Source of the DNA: an uncultured Thiomicrospira sp.
GTDB taxonomy: Bacteria; Pseudomonadota; Gammaproteobacteria; CAKMZV01
DNA: 64,000 nt
Direction of reading: 5' to 3'
Assembly: GCA_965195345.1 (NCBI GenBank)
Contig: OZ239628.1
Coordinates: 32,001-96,000 of the forward strand
Part shown: piece after piece, positions 9,725 to 20,920 of the stretch
How positions within the stretch are numbered: position 1 is the stretch's first letter
Layout of the letters: each line of letters opens with the position of its first letter
The notes under the pieces: model-generated
The model's input: the letters and a program-made list of their open reading frames with translations, nothing else
Databases searched by the model: none
What the model was told of the DNA's origin: nothing
Program-made: the position numbers and the translations under genes

Positions 9725-11086
9725 TTATAGTATCCAAATCGTTGCTAATCCTAAAAAGGCGATAAACCCAACCACATCCGTCACCGTAAATAAAATAACC
9801 CCACCTGCAATTGCTGGATCAACTCCAAGTCTATTGAGGAATAGTGGAATAAAAACCCCTGATGCTGCCGCTACAATCAAGTTAACAACAACAGCTGAGC
9901 CTATTGTAATACTAAGTAGTATGTTATCAAACCAGAACCAAACAATGACACTAATAAGCAATGACCAAAGTAAACCGTTAAGAATCGCTATTAAAATTTC
10001 TTTGCGTAAGACCCAATGCGTTGACTTTCCTTGCAACTCACCAAGCGATAAACTTCTAATTACAAGAGCAAGTGTCTGCGACCCTGCTATACCACCCATA
10101 CTCACGACGATAGGCATCAGTACTGCTAATGCGGTTAGCTTTTCTATAGTCGGCTCAAAAACACCTATAATCCAAGCGGCAAGAAACGCAGTCAAAAGAT
10201 TCACGCCTAACCAAACGGCGCGCCTGCGTGTGCTTTGAATAATTGGGGCGAATGTATCTTCACGTACAGTCCCATGTAAACTCATCAATTGTCGCTGCCC
10301 TGCTTCACGAATATAGTCGACAATATCATCGACTGTTATGCGTCCAATCAATTTGTTTTTTTCATCAACTACAGCAATGGAAAGTAAATCCAACTTTATG
10401 AATACATCCGCTACTTCACTGACTGGTTTTTCAGCAGTTACTGTAGGGACTTCCTTTTTCATAACATCTTTAATGGCCACTTCCCCTTCATTGACGAGCA
10501 ATGATGATAACGTCACGTGTCCAAGAAAATGAGCCCCTCGATCGATTACAAATAATTTATCTGTTCCTGAAGGCAATACTTTAAGTTGACGCAAATAACG
10601 CCGCACAACTGAAACAGTAACGTCTGATCTAACAGTTATGACTTCCAAATCCATAACGCCACCAGCAACATCCTCTGGAAAGGATAGTACTGCTTGCAAC
10701 CTTTTTCTACGATCTTCATCTAACGCAAGCAGTATTTCGTCAACACGCCCTGGAATATCCTGCAAAACATCCGCAAAATCATCCGTATCCAGTCCTTTTG
10801 TTAGCTCAACAACTTCTTTAACCTCTAAAGGTTCAAGTAGTTGCGTTCGGATTTCATCATCCAATTCCTGTAATATTGCCCCACCAATTTCAGTCGGAAC
10901 CAGTGACCAAATAGCTTCGCGTTGATTCGGCGGCACTGCTTTTAACACATACGCCATATCCACTGGGTGCGCTTCAAGAATTAAAGCACTAAGAATGTTA
11001 TCTTGCCCACTTTCAAGCGCGCTTAAAAATCGATTAAGCAACGTTACTTGCAGCTGTGTTTGCGCGCTATACGTCATGCCGTTCAT
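9725..11086 (-). CDS. mgtE: magnesium transporter MgtE
   Basis: N-domain, CBS pair, GRITVDD, MGGIAGSQT, GVDPA..TVTDVVG. Confidence 0.95.
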   Translation of the reverse strand: MNGMTYSAQTQLQVTLLNRFLSALESGQDNILSALILEAHPVDMAYVLKAVPPNQREAIWSLVPTEIGGAILQELDDEIRTQLLEPLEVKEVVELTKGLDTDDFADVLQDIPGRVDEILLALDEDRRKRLQAVLSFPEDVAGGVMDLEVITVRSDVTVSVVRRYLRQLKVLPSGTDKLFVIDRGAHFLGHVTLSSLLVNEGEVAIKDVMKKEVPTVTAEKPVSEVADVFIKLDLLSIAVVDEKNKLIGRITVDDIVDYIREAGQRQLMSLHGTVREDTFAPIIQSTRRRAVWLGVNLLTAFLAAWIIGVFEPTIEKLTALAVLMPIVVSMGGIAGSQTLALVIRSLSLGELQGKSTHWVLRKEILIAILNGLLWSLLISVIVWFWFDNILLSITIGSAVVVNLIVAAASGVFIPLFLNRLGVDPAIAGGVILFTVTDVVGFIAFLGLATIWIL

Positions 11087-11127
11087 TCAAATAGCCAAAA
11101 ATATTTTAAATCCACAGGGTTTGTAGA

Positions 11128-12558
11128 TTAAGTGCCTACCAAATATAAATGGGTAATAATACTTGCGCCATATCCTAAAGCAATAACTGGCGACCATTTT
11201 AAGTGACTACCAAAGGTATACATTCCCTTCGCTTGCCCCATTAGAGCAACACCAGCTGCTGACCCAATCGACAACATGCTGCCACCAACCCCTGCTGTTA
11301 ATGTCACTAAGAGCCATTGGTTTAAGGACATCTCTGGGTTCATTGATAAGACAGCAAACATCACTGGAATATTATCAACAATAGCAGATAAAAAGCCGAC
11401 TAAAATATTTGCCGTCGTGGGTCCCCAATCAAGATACATGGTTTCAGAAATCAATGTTAAGTATCCTATGAATCCAAGCCCACCTACAGACAAAATCACT
11501 CCGAAGAAAAACAACAATGTATCCCACTCAATAGTAGCCACTACTTTGAGAATATCAAAGCTCCCTTTAGTTTGATTGAATGACAAACCAGATATTTCTG
11601 CCTGAGTCATTTTATTTTCCTCACCCTGAAGATATCGCTCCTCGGTAATACGCAAATAGTACCCATACATACCTAAATAGCCAAAGCCTAACATCATGCC
11701 CAGCATGGGAGGTAAGTGCAAAATATTATGCGCAGAGACAGCTGTAGCAATAGTGCATAAGAAGAGCAGGACTACTACCCAACCGCCTCTCAACACTTCT
11801 ACCTTTTCATTATCAGCGGCAGGCTGCTCATCAGGGACTGCAAAATGCATAATCGCTGCTGGCACAAGAAAATTAACAACTGAGGGAACAAAAATTGCAA
11901 AAAACTCATGAAATTGAACGATTCCTTTCTGCCAAACCATCAATGTCGTTATATCACCGAAAGGACTGAATGCACCACCTGCATTTGCTGCGACAACTAC
12001 GTTAACACAGCCTATAGAGATGAATTTGCGATTTCCTTTGCCTACCGCCAAGAGCACCGCACACATTACCAAGGATGTCGTTAAATTGTCGGCTATGGGA
12101 GAGATAAAGAAAGCCAAAATGCCCGTGATCCAAAACAATTTTCGAAATCCAAGTTGTCGCGCAATTAACCATGAACGCAACCAATCAAAAATGCGCCGCT
12201 CCATCATAACGTTGATGTATGTCATTGCCACCAATAAAAAGAACGCAAGCTCAGTAAATTCAAGTAGATTATGTCGTACGGCATCATGAGGAAGGGCAGG
12301 CAAACCCTCCAACCGATATATCCACGCAATCATAGCCCAGATTATTATTGCTGAAATAATGACTGGTTTTGATTTGCGCATATGTGTTACTTCTTCAAGC
12401 ATCACCAATGCATACGCTAAAACGAACGTTGCTATAGCCAAATAACCCACTAAATGCGTGGTTAAATCCAAGTTTTGTCCGACCACACCTCCTGCAGCCA
12501 AAGCCACACCTGTAAAAGCAAAAATGAAAATCAAGGATAAGCTGATATATGCTCGCAT
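11128..12558 (-). CDS. nhaD: Na+/H+ antiporter NhaD
   Basis: RKSKP, SPIADNLTT, ANAGGAFSPFGDITTLMVWQ, SAIVDNIP, SIGSAAGV. Confidence 0.92.
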   Translation of the reverse strand: MRAYISLSLIFIFAFTGVALAAGGVVGQNLDLTTHLVGYLAIATFVLAYALVMLEEVTHMRKSKPVIISAIIIWAMIAWIYRLEGLPALPHDAVRHNLLEFTELAFFLLVAMTYINVMMERRIFDWLRSWLIARQLGFRKLFWITGILAFFISPIADNLTTSLVMCAVLLAVGKGNRKFISIGCVNVVVAANAGGAFSPFGDITTLMVWQKGIVQFHEFFAIFVPSVVNFLVPAAIMHFAVPDEQPAADNEKVEVLRGGWVVVLLFLCTIATAVSAHNILHLPPMLGMMLGFGYLGMYGYYLRITEERYLQGEENKMTQAEISGLSFNQTKGSFDILKVVATIEWDTLLFFFGVILSVGGLGFIGYLTLISETMYLDWGPTTANILVGFLSAIVDNIPVMFAVLSMNPEMSLNQWLLVTLTAGVGGSMLSIGSAAGVALMGQAKGMYTFGSHLKWSPVIALGYGASIITHLYLVGT

Positions 12559-12979
12559 GTAAACCTCTATTTTAATGGTTAATATTTAATTTGCGAATGC
12601 CAGAACTCTCAAAAGAAATGGATGCTCCTATGAGACTGATTTGCAAAGTATTTGTAATATGTGCATTCTACCAAATTAACCACTACGCACGGGTGAATAC
12701 CTCAACTTCAGAAACTGAAACACCCCTTTATTAACCATTGTTATCTTGTCTCAGACAATTCAAAAAATATTTGCTTTTGATTTTCTAAATCTGTATTATC
12801 CGACCTTAAAAAAACCAAAAACGAAATAGGATGTCAAACGCTTTCAAAAAACAATCTTATTTTGTTAAGTAATCATGAAGTATTGTAGAAAAATGCCTTT
12901 CCTATAGCGAATGCAGGTGATGTGGGATTAATACATATTCTATCTAAATTAGCGAGCATCACTTCGGTAGAATAGACCA

Positions 12980-13894
12980 ATGCAAAGCATCGCTATTTCA
13001 AGCAATACAAAAGGTCTTTTACTTACACAATTGTCAGCGGTGGCGGCGGCGGCTTTTTTCCTATTGTTTCAAGATGCTTCGAGCGGCACAACCCCGCTCA
13101 TCTCTGTCTATGCACTGTTTGTATTTGCTTTTTTATTCAGCTTACCAACAAATGCCTACTACCTAAAGCGCCTTAAAAACGTTCAATGGCGAGGCATGCA
13201 CTTTATCTTACTTGCTTTAATTGCCCTATGTACCTTCGTTGGCAACGTCGGTATCGTCAAAACACTTGAATTTTTACCGCCAAGTGAAGCACACCTGATA
13301 CAGCGTTCTGAAACAATTTTCTCCATACTTATTGGCATTCTAATATTGCGTGAAGGTGGCGGATGGATATTGTTTTTTTCTTCGCTTCTTTTCAGCCTTG
13401 GGGTCTACAATTTATATTTGAGCACAACTAGTGGAGCCATGACTATCGACTCAATCTTTCCCTTTTTGACCGCATTATTGTCTGCACTTTCTTTTGCTGT
13501 AATGCAAACAGCATCTAAACTCCTAATGTCAACGATCAACGCCCATCTCATCAACATCATTCGCTTATCCGTAGCAATAATGTCTATGAGCATTCTTCAT
13601 CCGCTCGTTATCGAAGGATTTATATCTTTACCATACCACGCCTTGCAAAACTTTGCCATTGCGGCTTTTGTTGGTCCTTTTATGGCTCGTATTGCATACA
13701 TGTATGCAGGTTACCTCATAGGCATTTCTCGTACAGCACTGTTTACATCCACCTCTCCAGTTTATACTTTATTCCTACAAATAGCCATTCTTGGCTACGC
13801 CTTAAATACACAACAAATTATAGGCTCGATATTGCTTCTTCTTGCTGTATCTCTGCCCGCTGCCTATGCCTTTATACTCAAACGCTTTCCGTAA
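12980..13894 (+). CDS. DMT/EamA family transporter
   Basis: About 10 hydrophobic helices in a duplicated EamA pattern (LILRE; SPVYTL..ILG). Confidence 0.8.
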   Translation: MQSIAISSNTKGLLLTQLSAVAAAAFFLLFQDASSGTTPLISVYALFVFAFLFSLPTNAYYLKRLKNVQWRGMHFILLALIALCTFVGNVGIVKTLEFLPPSEAHLIQRSETIFSILIGILILREGGGWILFFSSLLFSLGVYNLYLSTTSGAMTIDSIFPFLTALLSALSFAVMQTASKLLMSTINAHLINIIRLSVAIMSMSILHPLVIEGFISLPYHALQNFAIAAFVGPFMARIAYMYAGYLIGISRTALFTSTSPVYTLFLQIAILGYALNTQQIIGSILLLLAVSLPAAYAFILKRFP

Positions 13895-14021
13895 CCATCG
13901 ATATCGTATCTTCATCACAATTGTTCCTAAGAAAAATCAAATAACTCATAAGAAATGTCCCTGTGCTCGTGGGATAATATCCCGCTTACGCTCAACTTCA
14001 ACAATGCTTTCAAATGCCACA

Positions 14022-15308
14022 ATGATTTTTAAAAACCTATTAGCCATAGCCATAGCTATAGTCGCTTTCCATGCAAGCGCAAAGCCCGTTTTGATTGAAG
14101 GAATCCTTGCTTCAGTAAATGATGACATCATCCTATTAAGCGAATTTAGAAATCGCCAATTGCAAGCATTACGCAGCCTGAAACAGCAGAAAATTTCTCC
14201 TGAAAGCGTGCCAAACTTGAAAAGTCGATTGTTAGAATCCATGATAAATGAGCGCTTGGAGCTTGAAGTTGCAAGAAGTCAAAACATTCAAGTAACTGAT
14301 TTAGTCCTAAACCGAGAGATAAGTAAAATTGGTCAAAACAACAATATGACTGTAATTGAATTAAAATCCGCAATTGAACAGCAGGGAGAGGACTGGAAAA
14401 AATATATAGAAACATTGCGTCATCAAATTTTATTAGGCCAATTAAAAAACCAAGTGCTTGCAGGTAAGGTCAATGTTACTGACCAAGAAATAGAACAATT
14501 TCTTGGCAGAGAACGCTCTCGCAATGATCCCTTTGAATACGAAGTTTCTCAAATATTGATTGAAAATAACGACACGCAAAGAACGCAAGAACAATCCGTC
14601 CTAAAAGCGCAAGATATCTACGAAAAACTCTCAGAAGGCATGACATTTGCATCGGCATCGGCACAGTATTCCGATGCGTCAAACGCACTCGACGGCGGTG
14701 ACCTTGGTTGGTTGGATGCCTCAAACTTACCGTATAGTTTCCTACAAGCACTGCAACAATTGGAACCCAATGAATTCAGTTTACCTATTCAATCGGGCTT
14801 AGGATATCACATTCTCTTACTTAAAAAATCACGCCACAAAAAAACTGTCATCCTAAATCGTTATAAACTGCAACAAATATTCTTGTCCTCCTTGAACCAC
14901 AATGATGAGGACGCTTTCAATACACTGGATAAACTTTCTCAGCAGATCGAAAACAATCCTGAAAACTTCTCATCCCTTGCGGAAAGGTATTCCGAAGATG
15001 GAATCTCTGCTAGTAATGATGGTCTAACATCTTGGCTTATATCGAAGCGCTTTGACCCAGAGCTTGAGAAAAGCATTCAATCATTAAAAATTCAACAATT
15101 AAGCAAACCAATCCGCACTCAAAATGGCTGGTATCTCGTAAAAGTTCTTAACCGTGAAGAATTTGATGCGACAAAAGTTATCAGTAGAGAAAGGGTGCGC
15201 AATTTTTTAATAAACCAACAAGCAGAAGTTGAGTATGCAAACTTCCTAAGAAACTTACGTAATAGCGCTGCAGTCAATATTCAACAGGCCGCACTCAATC
15301 AATTATAG
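14022..15308 (+). CDS. surA: periplasmic chaperone/PPIase SurA
   Basis: Signal peptide, ASVNDDIILLSE, GGDLGW parvulin domains; precedes pdxA-rsmA. Start moved to ATG 14022. Confidence 0.88.
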   Translation: MIFKNLLAIAIAIVAFHASAKPVLIEGILASVNDDIILLSEFRNRQLQALRSLKQQKISPESVPNLKSRLLESMINERLELEVARSQNIQVTDLVLNREISKIGQNNNMTVIELKSAIEQQGEDWKKYIETLRHQILLGQLKNQVLAGKVNVTDQEIEQFLGRERSRNDPFEYEVSQILIENNDTQRTQEQSVLKAQDIYEKLSEGMTFASASAQYSDASNALDGGDLGWLDASNLPYSFLQALQQLEPNEFSLPIQSGLGYHILLLKKSRHKKTVILNRYKLQQIFLSSLNHNDEDAFNTLDKLSQQIENNPENFSSLAERYSEDGISASNDGLTSWLISKRFDPELEKSIQSLKIQQLSKPIRTQNGWYLVKVLNREEFDATKVISRERVRNFLINQQAEVEYANFLRNLRNSAAVNIQQAALNQL

Positions 15309-16270
15309 TGATTTCAATAATCACCGCCGGAGAACCAGCCGGCATTGGTCCAGATATTATAGTCTCTCTTAACGTTCAGCTTGAAGACGCCCTAATCATT
15401 GCCGATGCCGACCTCTTAAAGGCGCGCGCCAAACAGCTAAATGTTAATTGCCCCATCAATCACTGGCAACGTGGGCCGTTGAAAAAAAACGTCTTAAACG
15501 TTTTGCACACTCCTTGTGCTGTCGTGCCTGTCCCTGGAATCTTAAATCCGTCAAATGGGCAATACGTTATTCAAACACTAAAAATTGCATACGATTTAGT
15601 ACTTACTGAGGGTTTTGGATCAATTGTTACTGCTCCAGTACATAAGGGACTTATTAATGATGCGGGTATTCCTTTTACTGGGCACACCGAATTTTTTCAA
15701 GACTTGTGCAAAGTTGATAAAGTTGTCATGATGCTAAGCTGTAAACAAATGCAAGTAGCGCTGCTCACTGCTCATGTACCTATTCGCAAAGTACCTGAAC
15801 TAATAACTCCCGAAAATTTGGAAAAAACCATTCGAATCGTTCATCAGGATTTACAACAAAAATTCGGCATTCAAACTCCAAGAATAGCTGTGCTTGGGTT
15901 GAATCCTCACGCTGGGGAAAGCGGTTATTTAGGTGGCGAAGAAATTCAAATCATTGAACCGTGTATTCGCAAACTGAGAGAGCAGGGCATTATGCTTTCT
16001 GACGTTCTTTCAGCGGATACGGCATTTCGCCCTGAAGTCGCTAAAAAACATGACGTTTACCTTGCTATGTATCATGATCAAGGCTTAATTCCTATCAAAC
16101 AAATTGGGTTTGGGTGCTCTACCAACATTACTCTTGGATTACCTATAATTCGCACATCGGTTGATCATGGTAGCGCATTATCAATTGCAGGAAGCGGCAA
16201 AGCCAATCCATCTTCCCTCCTCTATTCATTACATTGTGCGCGGCAGTTGATGAAAAACTTCAGTTGCTAA
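15308..16270 (+). CDS. pdxA: 4-hydroxythreonine-4-phosphate dehydrogenase
   Basis: GEPAGIGPD, GHTE, GLNPHAGE, MYHDQGL, RTSVDHG. Confidence 0.95.
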   Translation: MISIITAGEPAGIGPDIIVSLNVQLEDALIIADADLLKARAKQLNVNCPINHWQRGPLKKNVLNVLHTPCAVVPVPGILNPSNGQYVIQTLKIAYDLVLTEGFGSIVTAPVHKGLINDAGIPFTGHTEFFQDLCKVDKVVMMLSCKQMQVALLTAHVPIRKVPELITPENLEKTIRIVHQDLQQKFGIQTPRIAVLGLNPHAGESGYLGGEEIQIIEPCIRKLREQGIMLSDVLSADTAFRPEVAKKHDVYLAMYHDQGLIPIKQIGFGCSTNITLGLPIIRTSVDHGSALSIAGSGKANPSSLLYSLHCARQLMKNFSC

Positions 16271-16277
16271 AACAGCC

Positions 16278-17057
16278 ATGTCGCTCTCCTCTCCGAAAAA
16301 AAAATATTCGCAAAACTTTTTAACTGACTCCGCCGTAATTCATTCGATTAGCCAGTTCATTGCCCCTAAGTCCAATGATGCGTTTGTTGAAGTTGGTCCT
16401 GGCGAAGGTGCATTGACTGATCAAATTCTTCCTTACTGCGCACACTATACTGGCTTAGAAATTGATAGCCAATTGATACCTATTCTAAACAACCGTTTCA
16501 GCGCCTACGACCACTTTAACATGCTTCTTATAGATGCCCTAAAATATGAATACGGTGCACATGAGCCTCAGCCATACCGCTTAATTGGCAACCTTCCCTA
16601 TCACATTTCTTCACCGCTTATCATTCGCTTCATTCGCAATAGCCTACCTATGCAAGACATGCATTTAATGTTTCAAAAAGAAGTTGCCGAACGCATTTGT
16701 GCAACCAAAGGCAGAAGCCGCGGGCGACTGAGTCTCATGGTGCAATTTTATTGTGATGTTGAATATTTACTAACTATAGGCGCACAATCTTTTTCTCCTG
16801 CGCCCGATGTTGAGTCTGCATTTATACGCTTAACACCAAAAGAAAATTCACGCTTTGGCAAGGATTTTTTAGATGCGTATGAAAATATCGTAAAACTTGC
16901 TTTTTCTAAAAAGCGTAAAACGCTATACAACAACCTTAAATCAATCATTTCAACTGCAGAGCTTCAACAACTTGATATTGATCCACAAAGACGGGCAGAG
17001 ACCCTTAGCGTAGAAGAAATGACTAGTATTTGCCAACTTGTAGAAAATAACAAATGA
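16278..17057 (+). CDS. rsmA: 16S rRNA m6,2A dimethyltransferase
   Basis: QNFL, EVGPGEGALT, GNLPY, FQKEVAER, RRAETLS. Confidence 0.95.
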   Translation: MSLSSPKKKYSQNFLTDSAVIHSISQFIAPKSNDAFVEVGPGEGALTDQILPYCAHYTGLEIDSQLIPILNNRFSAYDHFNMLLIDALKYEYGAHEPQPYRLIGNLPYHISSPLIIRFIRNSLPMQDMHLMFQKEVAERICATKGRSRGRLSLMVQFYCDVEYLLTIGAQSFSPAPDVESAFIRLTPKENSRFGKDFLDAYENIVKLAFSKKRKTLYNNLKSIISTAELQQLDIDPQRRAETLSVEEMTSICQLVENNK

Positions 17058-17890
17058 ATACTTGGGCGATTGGAGATGTACATGGATGTTACCATTCATT
17101 AATGGACTTACTTGATGCCATTCAGTTCTCTGATAGCGACGAATTATGGTTTACTGGAGATTTGGTTAATCGTGGGAAACACTCTAAAAAAGTACTGCAA
17201 TTTGCTCAAAAATTAGGCTCCCGTTGCAAAACAGTACTTGGCAATCATGATCTATATCTAATAGCTGTACATCATGGTCATAAACGTTATGAAAAAGGAG
17301 ATAATTTTTCGGATTTGTTAGAAGACGATGAAGGAGCTGCACTCATTAATTGGCTTGCAACCCAACCATTTTTGCAATACGACGAGCAACAAAAAATGTT
17401 AATGATACATGCTGGTTTACCTAATTGGCAGCTGTCTACCTTATTCAAAAGACATCAATGGTTACTACAGAAAATGACCAATGCAACATGGCTGGCCCCT
17501 TTCATGAAACATTCGATAATGGGTAATGAACCTAAAGATTGGAGTGATGACCACACAACAGATGACCGTGCACGGTATATGATTAATTATTTTACGCGCA
17601 TACGCTACTGTACACCTTCAGGACGAATACGGTTTGACTTCAAAGGCAGTCCAAAAGATACAACTACTGAGTACGTCCCGTGGTACGAAAAAATCAGCGA
17701 GGTGGATAATGATTGGACTGTTATTTTTGGACATTGGTCTACTCTTGAACAATCAATGATTACATCACCCAGAGCCGTTCACCTTGACACTGGCTGCGCT
17801 TGGAATGGCAGTCTAACCGCTTGGAACATGATTGACAAAAGGCGTGTCAAAATCCCTGCAAACCCATTGGATATAGATAGAGCTCTCTAA
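17054..17890 (+). CDS. apaH: symmetrical Ap4A hydrolase
   Basis: GDVHGC, GDLVNRG, LGNHD, HAG, FGHWS, LDTGC. Confidence 0.93.
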   Translation: MNTWAIGDVHGCYHSLMDLLDAIQFSDSDELWFTGDLVNRGKHSKKVLQFAQKLGSRCKTVLGNHDLYLIAVHHGHKRYEKGDNFSDLLEDDEGAALINWLATQPFLQYDEQQKMLMIHAGLPNWQLSTLFKRHQWLLQKMTNATWLAPFMKHSIMGNEPKDWSDDHTTDDRARYMINYFTRIRYCTPSGRIRFDFKGSPKDTTTEYVPWYEKISEVDNDWTVIFGHWSTLEQSMITSPRAVHLDTGCAWNGSLTAWNMIDKRRVKIPANPLDIDRAL

Positions 17891-17905
17891 CCTTACTCAA
17901 CGCAA

Positions 17906-18865
17906 CTATTCTGATATTTTCCTTATGATCAGAAGAAATGAAAATTGCGTGGCGAAAATAAATGTTGCCATCAATAAGTGGAGCGGTTGAACCAACATTG
18001 GAAATCCCAAATGATTAAGCAGTGCGCCCGTCACTATACTAACAACGACGCCACATAGCCCTCCAAGAGCAATAATCGTCAATAAGTTTTTCATGCCGAA
18101 ATTCTGCACCAACTTCCAGACAAACCAAACATTAGTAAGCAAAACTACTATAGAAAAACTACGATGAACATAAAAAAACCACGGCAGTGCATCAATCCAA
18201 TTGGATCGCGTTAAATTTTGAGAATGGCTAACAAAATCTATAATTTCACGCACTTGAATACCAAGTAACACTTGAATTACCGTTAAACCTAAAACAATCC
18301 ACACCCATTTTTTTAGATTAAACTCGGTATTGTATTTTTTAAAACTTCTACTATCGATTTGCAAGACTATCAATAATGCCATTATGAATAATGCCATAAG
18401 CATATGTACAGTGATTACACCCGGCGACAACCCACTGGAAATAACACGTGCACCTAGCCATCCCTGCAGAGAAACTGCAACAAAAACCAGCCATGAAACA
18501 TAGAAAAGTCGAGGATGTGAGCGTTTTATTGGAATCGAGAAAAGAGCAGTAAGAACAATTAAAAACCCAACACTCACTCCGAACAATCGGTTTACGTACT
18601 CAATCCAAGTTTTAATTGGATTAAAACGGGTTTCTGCATAGCCTCTATCGGCATATATTTGTTGATAATTATCAGGAAGCTCACTTTCATCCAGTGGTGG
18701 AATCCACTGTCCAAAACAAGTGGGCCAATCGGGACAGCCTAATCCTGAACCCGTTGCACGTACGGATGATCCGACCCATATTAAAATAAAAACAGCAATT
18801 AATGCAATAAGCGCAATTATTCTAAACCGTTTAAGCGCCGCTGAATCGTATGTATCGTATTGCAT
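17906..18865 (-). CDS. ctaA: heme A synthase (COX15/CtaA)
   Basis: VRATGSGLGCPDWPTC, WIEYVNR, HM, VHR, LH in TM helices. Confidence 0.85.
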   Translation of the reverse strand: MQYDTYDSAALKRFRIIALIALIAVFILIWVGSSVRATGSGLGCPDWPTCFGQWIPPLDESELPDNYQQIYADRGYAETRFNPIKTWIEYVNRLFGVSVGFLIVLTALFSIPIKRSHPRLFYVSWLVFVAVSLQGWLGARVISSGLSPGVITVHMLMALFIMALLIVLQIDSRSFKKYNTEFNLKKWVWIVLGLTVIQVLLGIQVREIIDFVSHSQNLTRSNWIDALPWFFYVHRSFSIVVLLTNVWFVWKLVQNFGMKNLLTIIALGGLCGVVVSIVTGALLNHLGFPMLVQPLHLLMATFIFATQFSFLLIIRKISE

Positions 18866-18937
18866 GTTTTTCCGTACTCTTTACAAGACTACCTTAACAT
18901 AGCCAATAGTAAAAGCCTTCAAAAATGGACAAACAAA

Positions 18938-20200
18938 TTATTTGATACGTTTCATCGTTTCAAAAAATTCAGTATTGGTTTTGGTCGTCTTCATTCTATC
19001 TAGTAAGAATTCGACTGCTTCGATTTCTTCCATGCTTGAAAGAAGTCTTCGAATGATCCACATTTTTTGCAACTCTTCTGGAGAGGCTAATAATTCTTCT
19101 CGCCTTGTTCCAGAACGAATTGGGTTGATTGCTGGAAAAATTCGTCGCTCTGCAAGACGTCTATCAAGGTGAATTTCAAGGTTACCAGTTCCTTTAAATT
19201 CCTCATAAATAACTTCGTCCATCTTTGAGCCAGTATCAATAAGCGCGGTTGCCAAAATAGTAAGACTTCCCCCCTCTTCTACATTACGAGCTGGTCCAAA
19301 AAATCGCTTAGGACGATGCAAGGCTTTTGCATCTACACCGCCTGTGAGTACCTTGCCAGATGAAGGCGTTTCCGTGTTGTATGCACGAGCAAGACGTGTT
19401 ATTGAATCCATTAATATAACCACATCTTTTTTATACTCAACCAATGATTTGGCTTTTTCGATAACCATCTCCGCAACTTGGATATGTCTGCTCGCAGGCT
19501 CATCAAATGTTGAAGAAACAACCTCACCTTTCACAGATCGCAGCATTTCTGTCACTTCTTCTGGGCGTTCATCAATTAAGAGTACTATCAATTCACATTC
19601 TGGATTATTATGCGTGATCGAATGGGCTATTTGTTGCAAAAGTATAGTTTTACCTGCCTTAGGTGGCGCTACTATTAAGCCACGTTGCCCTTTGCCTATA
19701 GGAGCCACTAAGTCAATAACCCTACCGGTTAAATCTTCGCTTGAACCATTGCCTACACCCATGTACATGCGCTCGTCGGCATGTAAAGGCGTTAAGTTTT
19801 CAAACAATATCCGTCTTCGGGAATTCTCTGGTTTACTGTTATTTATTTTTTCCAGAGCATTTAATGCAAAATACCGCTCCCCATCACGTGGAGGGCGAAT
19901 TCGTCCTTCCAGCGTGTCCCCTGTTCTGAGCCCAAATCGTCGAATTTGACTTGGAGAAACATATAAATCATCCTGTCCCGCTAAATAAGACGATTCTGCC
20001 GAGCGCAGAAATCCGAATCCATCGGGAAGTATTTCAAGTACTCCTTTGCCATGTACATCATCTCCTTGACCAATTTTTGCCTTCAAAATAGCAAAAATAA
20101 TATCCTGTTTACGAATACGATGAAGGTTTTCAATATCCAAATCTGAAGCTATTTTATGAATAGCCTTTGCAGACATATTTTTTAATTCTGAAAGATGCAT
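18938..20200 (-). CDS. rho: transcription termination factor Rho
   Basis: [34 protein letters not shown]. Confidence 0.98.
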   Translation of the reverse strand: MHLSELKNMSAKAIHKIASDLDIENLHRIRKQDIIFAILKAKIGQGDDVHGKGVLEILPDGFGFLRSAESSYLAGQDDLYVSPSQIRRFGLRTGDTLEGRIRPPRDGERYFALNALEKINNSKPENSRRRILFENLTPLHADERMYMGVGNGSSEDLTGRVIDLVAPIGKGQRGLIVAPPKAGKTILLQQIAHSITHNNPECELIVLLIDERPEEVTEMLRSVKGEVVSSTFDEPASRHIQVAEMVIEKAKSLVEYKKDVVILMDSITRLARAYNTETPSSGKVLTGGVDAKALHRPKRFFGPARNVEEGGSLTILATALIDTGSKMDEVIYEEFKGTGNLEIHLDRRLAERRIFPAINPIRSGTRREELLASPEELQKMWIIRRLLSSMEEIEAVEFLLDRMKTTKTNTEFFETMKRIK

Positions 20201-20303
20201 GGTGTTTTTAATTTAAAGGGATTTTGAGGATCTTAAAGAAAAGAAACGGCTTGATAGCCTTGTTCTCACGTCTTGAAAACGGAGAAGAAAGATGATCGAA
20301 AAG

Positions 20304-20627
20304 TTATAAGTTCTCGTTTAAGAATTGAGTTAATTGTGATTTAGTAAGTGCTCCAACTTTCGTTGCAACGACTTCTCCATTGTTAAATAAAATAAGAGTT
20401 GGTATACCACGCACTTGATATTTTGCAGGTGTCTCTGGATTTTCATCAATATTGACTTTGGCTACCGTCAGTTTTCCGTCAAACTCTCCAGCTATTTCTT
20501 CAAGGATAGGAGTAATCATTTTGCACGGTCCACACCATTGCGCCCAAAAATCGACTAACATCGGTGCGCTTGACTTAACTACTTCAGCTTCAAAGCTATC
20601 ATCGGATACATTTATTATTTCTGACAT
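20304..20627 (-). CDS. trxA: thioredoxin
   Basis: WCGPC, RGIPTL; upstream of rho. Confidence 0.97.
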   Translation of the reverse strand: MSEIINVSDDSFEAEVVKSSAPMLVDFWAQWCGPCKMITPILEEIAGEFDGKLTVAKVNIDENPETPAKYQVRGIPTLILFNNGEVVATKVGALTKSQLTQFLNENL

Positions 20628-20713
20628 TACTAATCTCTTGTAGTGCTGGTAAAACTGTATGTTTTTTTCTGGAGTTATAAACCCCTCAGAAGTGTGAGGT
20701 CTCTTTTCGCTGT

Positions 20714-20742
20714 ATTCTAATACCTTATTTTAAAAAAAGCAA
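20714..20742 (-). promoter_or_regulatory. sigma70 promoter for trxA-rho
   Basis: TTGCTT-N17-TAGAAT on the minus strand. Confidence 0.55.
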
Positions 20743-20920
20743 ACCTTTTGTATTCACTCATTGCTATTCTTCCGTTTGCATGCAAGCTATCATGACCTAT
20801 TCTCATAGCATACGTAGCACTTGTAAGAGCCAAACCAGTGCATTTGTTGCTGATTTTTATGATGATAATCGAAATTTATGCATCTTTGTTCGCATAAAAA
20901 CATTTTTCACTACTTTTTTA

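Noticed and set aside
12559-12979. Riboswitch upstream of nhaD or the DMT gene
   Set aside because: Only one 9-bp wobble stem (about 12915-12964); no aptamer consensus recognised. cmscan would settle it.
18942-19949. Long antisense ORFs (also 9705-10238, 49232-49567 and others)
   Set aside because: Codon-mirror shadows of well-supported genes, with no motifs.
20628-20920. SRP RNA or Fur box between dnaX and trxA
   Set aside because: The SRP core motif is absent. The Fur-like word matches only 13/19 and has no obvious iron-related target.
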